From positions 1-45,081 of the forward strand of contig JAVECL010000137.1 in the NCBI GenBank assembly GCA_051942245.1: a DNA stretch of 45,081 bases. Reading direction: 5' to 3'. Numbering within the stretch: position 1 is the first letter of the stretch; the number at the start of each line of letters is the position of its first letter. A program made the translations under genes and the position numbers. The stretch is from Trypethelium eluteriae. Its lineage: Eukaryota. Shown here one piece after another: positions 37,401 through 45,081 of the stretch. The notes beneath the pieces are model-generated. The model saw only the letters and a list, made by a program, of their open reading frames with translations, was not told the origin of the DNA and did not search any database.

Positions 37401-37559
37401 CCGTAGGAACGATACGACTGAAAATGGTCATTGGCCTTCCATTTGTTCGATAGACCTCCGGATCTAAGATCTACCGCCAACAACCGGTCAAGAACTTACA
37501 AGTTGCCGGCGCTTTCTGAGGCCGATGGCTCCCTGGCCAGTTCCCAGGGGACCTACGGA

Positions 37560-38380
37560 GTATGTATCTTGTCACCGGAGCCCCGTTCCCACTGAAGCAA
37601 AGCCCGCATTGTGATGTGCCTTTGGACTCGCCGCAGCATTGCGCCATATGTTTGGAGACGCTTCGTGTGCTGGGCATGATATCGCTCCTCCTTATTCAGC
37701 CTTGCGATACCAGTCCAGCTCTTCTGTCTCGGAAGGGAAAGCTCCGACAAACTTGTGTCCGGTGAGTTAGAGTACGTTAGTCCACGCTCCCTACACAACA
37801 TATTCCGCACACCTTTCATATTCTAGCCCATTGGCCCCGAAACCAGCTATTATGCTCTACCACCCGTTGCGCAGCGTTTCCTTGAAATACATCAGCGAGC
37901 ACGGAGTACGCCTTACCTCGAGGGGAGTCCTTGCTGGCCACGGACTGTTTTCGTACATGAGAAGACACTTGAAAGATCACGTGAGTGATAAACCCCTGTC
38001 TTCCAGCGACACTCAAAGCTGCCAGTTGTGCAAAGCTTCATCAAAACTTAGTCTTCGCATCTCGACAATGGCATTTTCTTTAGGTAAGACGTTCGGGACA
38101 TTTCAATCGTTTAGCACCAACGAGAAAGTGAGGGTGCAGATCATCTCCAGAGTTTGTACCACGTCAGATATTGAGGCGCTAAGATTACTTCCTTGGTCTT
38201 CGCTCTCCCGCTCCAATCTCCAGCTACCAGAAAGGGCCTTACAACGTCGCTTTCACTTCCGGCACTCTGATCTCTCTTCATTTCAAATACATGAATCCGG
38301 AAATTCCACACTGAAATCCATGAGGAAGTAGTTATTTCAAAGTAGTTTTCACTCCACCGATGGATCCCTAAGTAAGTCAT
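37560..38380 (+). pseudogene. Probable decayed multi-exon gene of unknown family
   Basis: Regularly spaced GTGAGT/GTAAG donors and YAG acceptors flank exon-like frames (PIGPETSYYALPPVAQRFLEIHQ...), but neighbouring exons carry in-frame stops. Confidence 0.3.
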
Positions 38381-38825
38381 GCCATTGGTTTGTGTGGTGT
38401 GGGATCCTTTTGTCACCGGAGTCTTACCAGAGAAATCCTCCTAATGCATTCTTGCTGGATTTACTTCTATACCAATTCCCAAACCACCGGTCTGTGGCTT
38501 ATACGCGTTGACTATCGGTGTTTCCCGAAGCCCCTGCTAATCCAAAGCCTTCCGTCCGGGTTTCTGAAATGGCTGCGAACAAGAAGAACTTCGTTCGTTG
38601 GATGGTCTTCTTCAAGCTGAGACCTATTGCAGAACAACACGATACTACCGATTGACCGGTCCCGGACAGTCTCAGTGTCATCTCCTGACTTCGCCATGCC
38701 GACGTTGAACACCGCTATAGAGCACCGATGCTTTTCTTAGCCTCAAGACTTTCCATCTTACACCCTTTCAAGCACCTCTTTTGCCTTTGCTCTCGTTCAT
38801 TTATCTTTCTTTCACTATATTTCTA

Positions 38826-40252
38826 ATGGCTGGTCGTTTTATATCTGGATTGCTACCAACGCAGTGGCTTCAGCCGCAATACTCTCGCCTGCCCGGAAGC
38901 CATAACTCAAATTTCTCCCGACCTCCATACACTGGACGTTCTGTCTTTACCATTCTTGTACTTGTTCTCGAAGCGGTGCTTATCGCTCTGACCTGCTGGT
39001 GGGCTTTTCCAAGGATACACAATACGTTAGATTATTGGCAAAACGCGCCAACCAGCAATGGCGGGAAAGCACTCGTCATTGCCTCATTTAAAAAACAAGA
39101 CGTTTCCTGGATAGACAGAATTCCCTCTAGGTACATGACATCCATCTCGCATTATCCATCAGTGAAACTTAAGGTTGATGCTAACATGTAAAATAGCTGG
39201 GATATATATCGCTACTTTTTGGACGATCCTCATCCGCTTAATAACCTTTCAGTTCCGCGCAACAATGGCAGAGAGTCCATGGCATATCTCACTTACATCA
39301 TCGACCACTACGACAATCTTCCTGACTATGTTATCTTCACGCACGGCCACGAAAGATCCTGGCATCAGATCGAGCCACTTCCTCTCAAAATTCGCGCCTT
39401 AAACCTCACGGCTCTCGAACACGAGAACTACATCTCCTTGCGTTGCGAAAACCAAATGGGTTGCGAAAGGATCCCGTATTTGGACAACCAGGACCCGAAT
39501 TGGGCTGGCGAGAATCACCTTGCCGAATTTTGGGATTCGATCATGCCAGACGTGGAATTCCCGCGGTACATTGCATACAAGTGCTGTGGGCAGCACGCAG
39601 TCACGAAGAAAGCTATCATGGCTCATACAAAAGAAGACTGGATCAGAATAAGGAGTCCACTGCTGCGGGACCTGGAGGATATTCAGGAAAATGAAATTTG
39701 GGGGAGTAAGCCTACCGCGGATGAGTGGATCTTAGGCATGTTCTACGAAAAGATCTGGCATGTTCTCTTCGGTATGGGAGGAGAATAGTAAGTGTCTGTT
39801 CATATTTCCTGTTTTGCTGTTTTGCTTTCTGTACTTGATCTCTGATCCCGCATTATCGTCCGGGACTTAGAACGGTCTCACAGTGTTGACGCCTCTCCAT
39901 TGCTGACTCAAGCTCTGCCAATAGTTGTCCTAATGTAGCTTATTGCCGTCAAGTCCATTTCTCGAATGCCATCGTGTGCGATTCTGACATGGATACCGCC
40001 GGGGCTGACAACGATTTTGATCTTTGGAAGGAGATCAAATGCGTGTCAGCTTTCGATGACCTTGAGCCTGACGAGCCCGCGGATCTGGACTACTTCCGGC
40101 GACATCGCGTATTGGACGCGTACTGGCAACTGCACGCACAGAAGAATACTAAGGTTGTTAACGAGCGCAAGAGGTTGCAAGCAGCGGAGGCGAAGTTGAG
40201 AGATATTGGAGGTCAGCCGTGGGAGTCTGAAGAGGATTCGCTCGTCGGTTGA
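38826..40252 (+). CDS. DUF3431 family type II membrane protein; exons 38826-39130, 39197-39787, 39925-40252
   Basis: TM helix, then ALVIAS...DVSW, VPRNNGRESMAYLTYIIDHYDNLPDYVIFTHGH...WH, CCGQHAVT, EKIWHVLFG, YCP. Confidence 0.85.
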
Positions 40253-41759
40253 TGCATTCCACATTGAATTGCATTTTGTGTTTCTATCGCCATTTCGATC
40301 CACCCTTCTTGTACAATAGGACCATCGGGCCAAAGCATGTTTCGGATCATATGCTTGTCTATCAAAAGACGGAGACTTAACATATTCTATGTTGGCATCA
40401 GGATTGGAGAACAGGCGCAATGCTTCGACCCTGAACTTTACTGTTATATATAAACGTCGTCTGTGTATATAACGCTTGCATTGCATCGGATCGCAGTGAT
40501 TCATTGTTGAGATGCAGGTGATTCAATGCACCCGTCGGTGACGTTGCAATATTTGAGATGTCCATAGATGTTTCCTCGGTCTAGTGCCAATAGCTCAGCC
40601 CATCCCATTGCAAGCGACTAGTCATCATGTCCCAGAGTAGCTCTTAACGTAGCGCTTGAATGTTGTATGTTTCTATGTCTGGTAATCGGTCGGACAGAAA
40701 TCCTTTAGTTCGTACTCCGTACGTTAATAAGACGGTCAATGTAGTTCTCTAAACCAAGGCCAGCAACCAGCCTTTTCACTCACATTTCAACGGAATGGCT
40801 TTCAAGCTCATCCTTTCGGCTTCTTTTGGAATGGAATACCGGTCTGATTCCGAGGACATCTCCCAAGACATCGTAGGAAGTAACTACCGTGTAGACTTTC
40901 GAGATGCGCAGTGCCTCTAAGTAACGGGGGTTGGGTACAGAAAGCGAAATTGCACGGGGTTATCTGATCTCTATTGCGTAAACAGCGTCTACTAGAAGAT
41001 ACCAGACGATTTTTGTAGCTACAAAATCGAAACTGATTCGACTGTTCTCGAACGCATCTTACATATAGCGGTAAGAACGATTAAAGACCCGCAAGATCCC
41101 TTGAATGAGGACCTATTCAGTATCCTTGAGACCGGTACTCATCAGCGCGGTCTCGCTCAAAGAAAGCAAAGTCAATGCTGGCGTCCGCACTTGGACTAAA
41201 CCTAGTTTGCAAAGCCTTGCACTGGTTGCGAGACGACGAGACATTCCTCATGCAGTCTCGACATATAAGAGCTTCTGCAGAAGGGCCAGAACATGGAATC
41301 TACAGGGTAGAGAGCGATTTCGCCGGGCGATTGCGCAATGTTCTCGCAGACTGATCGACTTTGCAATGAGTGATGGTGGAATTTTGGTGATCCCAGATTT
41401 TTGAGAGCGGCAGCTGTTGCCCCAGAAGAGAGCTGCGAGGAGAGCAGAGTAGGTGATATAATAAAGCACGTCTGAGTGGAAGGAGAAAAGTATCAGTAAA
41501 GTAGAAATTGGTACTGAACCCCAAAAGAAAGCTTGAGATCGCGGAAAAAAAAAAACACCCATGGCGGCATATTGATCCGTTTATATGATAACCATCAAGT
41601 GGCAGGGCCAGTTTAGGCATGAAGTACAAGGGGCAATCCCAGCGAAGCAAAGTGTTGTATGGTTGGCATCCTGGATAAGTCGAATACTTTTTGAAGATGA
41701 CCATGTGGGCAACCGCATCCGAAGTGGTCCATAAATTTAAATCTGCTTGGGCCTTTGTT

Positions 41760-42436
41760 TCATCCAGTGGCAGCTTGTACTTTGTCCTCTCGACCGTCTT
41801 GCCAGCTAGTGCAGTTGATACATCTTTTTGCCTGCATGACAGACATCAGCACGGTTCTCAGCCAACCTTGAGGAGGACCGATTGGAACGAACCTTCTCGC
41901 TTATTCTCTTCCTGCAATACTTGCATTTGACCTTCCTCTTCACAATATTGTCCTTGGCAACCCAACTATATATCCTTGCAATCAAGTACAGGCTCATAGC
42001 GATGATGAAGAACCTCACGATCTTGTCAACGAAGGATCCCCACAATAGAATGACTGCGCCATCGTCGAGGGCTTGGTCGGCTGTATTGTAATTTTTCTTC
42101 GCATGTGGACCACCTCGTAAGACGGCGAACTTGCCGTCGAGGTTCTTATTGAGGAATGGGAGAAGCGAGACAATTGGAAGGATGATGTCGGAGGTGAGAG
42201 AGGTCACGATGGCTGTAAAAGCGGATGCCAGGCTATGAACAGAGTCAGGGAACTAGTTTAAGCACATTTGGAGTAGGGTAGGGTATTAATGCGTACATTA
42301 AACCAATAGCTACTTCCAACACGTTGTCCGAGAACGCGAAGTCAATAAACCCGTCCCAAGCATGAGATGCTCGCCTTCGTGCATCCTCGCCCGTCCGCAT
42401 GAGTGATTCACGTCCTTCCTCGAGTTGAATCGGCAT
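41760..42436 (-). CDS. Fungal MscL-family (large-conductance mechanosensitive channel-like, AndL-like) protein; exons 42436-42297, 42232-41893, 41831-41760 (183 aa)
   Basis: WDGFIDFAFSDNVLEVAIGLILASAFTAIVTSLTSDIILP resembles MscL S1/TM1; WGSFV TM2; C-terminal CKYC...CINC. Confidence 0.85.
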
Positions 42437-42992
42437 CTTGAATGTCAAGTGAGAGCCTAAATTGCTTTACAATCGGTTCTCTTGTTCGACAGGACAACAA
42501 GTACCTAGGCTTTGGCAGTTTAGTCAGGGAGCCCGTGTTGTCGTTTCACCTCGCGCGGAATCCCACCCCATGACGCGGTGGCTGCATGCAGAGTCAATCA
42601 AGGATACTTTCAATAACAGTGGGCAGTCTTATTCGTAATGTTGTCGGCAGAACCGAAACGTAAGAGATCGGCGAGATGCACAATTTGCTCGGCTCAGCTA
42701 GTAAAATCCTGCGAAGGAGGGAAGATCTCAGAGGCCCCTGAACCCCTTTTTCAGTACGGAGTAATATAATCGGCACCCATTCCTAGCCGTGCTTGTGCTC
42801 AAATCTGATGGAATCGCAACGAAGACTAAATCACTGAAGGACACTATTTGCCAAGAAGTCGTCTGGACGGGCCTTACTAAAGGCACGGATAGTCTATCGC
42901 TCAAATTCACAAGTTGTTTTATTTGCTGCGTGCTATCAAAATGCTATCTTCGCCTTACGCTTCTATACTCTACGAACACCAAGTCTATTAAC

Positions 42993-44102
42993 TTACAAAC
43001 TGGCCTTCAAAAACTCTGGACTGAATGAGTAGTCAGAATAACCAACCGGATCGCCTTTGGCATAGAAAGTTGCTGTGTCGAAGGGTGTCAAGTCGAGCCC
43101 GTGTTCAATACGATAAGGTAAGTCCGGATTCGAAATGAAGTGTCTCCCAAACCCAATCACTATCTCTTTCCCTTGATATTCCTCTTCCACGGCCTTCTTT
43201 GCTGTCTCGGGCTCGAAACGACCCGCCAGAATCACCGTCGGCCCGTTGCCCCACGCCTTAAAGATGAAGTCCACCATCGCCGGAGTCGCTGCACCATTTG
43301 GCCCGACTTCGTATCCTTTTCGATGAGTGCCCAACACGATATGTATGAAGGCCAGATCTAGCTTGCGCAGTCCCTCAATCACATGGCTGAACTGTGGCTC
43401 TGGATCGTCCATCCCCATACCCTGGACCGTCGTAAATGGAGAAAGACGAATACCGGTTCGATCAGGTCCAATGGCATCCGCTACTGCCTTCGCAACCGAC
43501 AGCGCAAAGCGCGAGCGATTTTCGATGCTACCACCCCATTCATCCGTTCGGTGATTTGACACGTCTTGGAGGAATTGATCGATGAGGTAACCGTTTGCAC
43601 CGTGGATTTCCACTCCGTCGAATCCTGCTCTAATTGCAGCCTCCGCTGCGTAAGTATACGCATCGATCCATTTCGGGATCTCTTCTTCTGTCAGTGCGCG
43701 AGGCACATGCTCGTCCACGGGTAAAGCACTGGCGCTTGTGAGATCATAGCCCTTTTTCCTCAAGAATTCGGGACTTGCTGTGCGTCCGAGGGCCCACAAT
43801 TGACAGTAGATGTATGAATGCTTTGCATGTACAGCATCTGTGATCTTCTTCCAGGCAGCCACTTGATCATTACTCCAGATACCAGGAGGCCGGTCATACC
43901 CAGCAGCTTCGTCTGAGATGAAGGTCGCTTCTGTAATCAACATAGTTCCAGGCACAGATGCCCGTTGCTCATAGTACTCGATCATCATATTTGTTGGAAC
44001 ATGCGCCTCGTCGGCGCGAAACCGAGTGAGGGGCGACATGATGATGCGATGATTGAGTCTGCTTCTGCCCAACTGTATGGGCTTGAACAATGACGCGGCC
44101 AT
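42993..44102 (-). CDS. Old yellow enzyme family NADH:flavin oxidoreductase (ene-reductase)
   Basis: LFKPIQLG, MSPLTRFRA, EYYEQRA, CQLWALGR, AGFDGVEIHGANGYLIDQF (His/Asn/Tyr), RTDEWGGSIENRSRF, FGRHFISNPDL, TFY...GYSDY. Confidence 0.95.
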   Translation of the reverse strand: MAASLFKPIQLGRSRLNHRIIMSPLTRFRADEAHVPTNMMIEYYEQRASVPGTMLITEATFISDEAAGYDRPPGIWSNDQVAAWKKITDAVHAKHSYIYCQLWALGRTASPEFLRKKGYDLTSASALPVDEHVPRALTEEEIPKWIDAYTYAAEAAIRAGFDGVEIHGANGYLIDQFLQDVSNHRTDEWGGSIENRSRFALSVAKAVADAIGPDRTGIRLSPFTTVQGMGMDDPEPQFSHVIEGLRKLDLAFIHIVLGTHRKGYEVGPNGAATPAMVDFIFKAWGNGPTVILAGRFEPETAKKAVEEEYQGKEIVIGFGRHFISNPDLPYRIEHGLDLTPFDTATFYAKGDPVGYSDYSFSPEFLKASL

Positions 44103-44285
44103 CTGAGGTAGTAATGTAAGTAGGAAATTCTTGAGATAGAAAATATTGAAACAACTCTACACCAGAGAAAGTACTTCCTGGCAGTTACCCAATTTTATAC
44201 AATTCGAAGCTTACAAATATCAAGCATGCTCATAACGGCGTGTAACAAGCGGTGCTACCAGAGATCGGATAACGGCAAGAAACGT

Positions 44286-44389
44286 TTACCCCTTCGAGTA
44301 GGTAGGTTTCGTTGCGTGATTTACTGATTTCTAACCACTTTGTATTAGGTGAGTACCTCTTGCGCCGGTTGACGTATTACCCCTTCGAG
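44286..44389. repeat. 13-bp direct repeat TTACCCCTTCGAG (44286-44298, 44377-44389) in the OYE promoter
   Basis: Two identical copies, each closely preceded by ACGT. Confidence 0.8.
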
Positions 44390-45081
44390 ATCAGTCGGAC
44401 GGGCTAGTGTGAAATGAAGCTTGTTCACTATTCTCCTTGAATAATGAGATAGAAGATGGTCGGACATACGGCCGGACGAGATTCATTCTCGGCCGAGTTA
44501 CTCCACCGGTTGAATCTATATTTACGCATCTGTGCAAGGTGCAAGGGTACTGCGGAACGATTGGAACAGACGGCTTAGAAAGCAGCGAGAACATGCCTAA
44601 CAGCTTGCAACAGAAAACCACGACTTCCATGATCTGTTCGAAATATGTCCTGAAGCTGGGATAATCATCAGTCATGAAGCCCATTTAGGCTCGCACGTGA
44701 CAATGTTTCTCTCTACGGACGATTGCAAAACAACCAAGCTGGACCGATAATGCCTGGCCCATATGGGCGTCGATAGGCAACAGAGTTCGACAGGTCAAAT
44801 GCTGGGTCTCTCTAGTAGCACGCTGAGGTTATCGCGTACGGGTCTCTCCCGTCAGTCGCCCGCGCCCACCACTCGCCCGCCTCAATTCAGTTCTACCACC
44901 TTAGCTTTGACGTCAAATATCTCAACACCTAGAGTAGCTAGAATAATATAAATTATACTAGGAAGTGTATTCTAATTAGGCGCTTTTTTTGAGTCGCTAA
45001 ATTTCTTCAGAAAGCCATTTTGGAGGGCGTTTGTGGCGTTGAGGTCGTCTAGAGCTAGAAGAGGCTTCAGCAACACTCTCT

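Noticed and set aside
41105..41704. Overlapping 99-134 aa ORFs downstream of the MscL-like gene
   Set aside because: Conflicting frames across a poly-A run and no motifs; probably UTR or intergenic.
12200..45081. Search for a dikaritin-type RiPP precursor (signal peptide + KR-delimited repeats) or DUF3328 oxidase to go with the UstQ-like tyrosinase
   Set aside because: No tandem peptide repeats or HxxHC motifs were seen in the ORF track or by eye; very short multi-exon genes could have been missed.
1..45081. rRNA, tRNA, CRISPR arrays or intact transposons
   Set aside because: None recognised: no repeat-spacer arrays, transposase/RT ORFs or terminal repeats. tRNAscan/Infernal would be needed to exclude small RNAs.

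Overview
Filamentous ascomycete genomic DNA: GT-AG introns with CTRAC/CTAAC branch points and fungal protein families. I can support 16 intact protein-coding genes. The left half is rich in secreted or surface redox functions around the housekeeping gene PRP46: a Rds1-type ferritin-like protein, an AA5_2 galactose-oxidase-like enzyme, an AA3 GMC oxidoreductase, an AA9 LPMO, HsbA, a PTH11-like receptor and an MFS pump. At 22.3-23.6 kb is an unusual Ser/Thr kinase-fold gene with a signal peptide and Kex2-like sites flanking the kinase domain. The right half holds three co-oriented genes: a phenylalanine ammonia-lyase ending in a PTS1-like AKL, a membrane-anchored UstQ-like tyrosinase and a stand-alone adenylation domain. 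These sit next to a quinate-permease-like transporter and suggest a backbone-less phenylpropanoid-type gene cluster. A probably decayed gene region, a DUF3431 gene, a fungal MscL-like gene and an old yellow enzyme follow. Family calls and reference-residue comparisons come from motif recognition and memory, not database searches, and exon models were spliced by eye.
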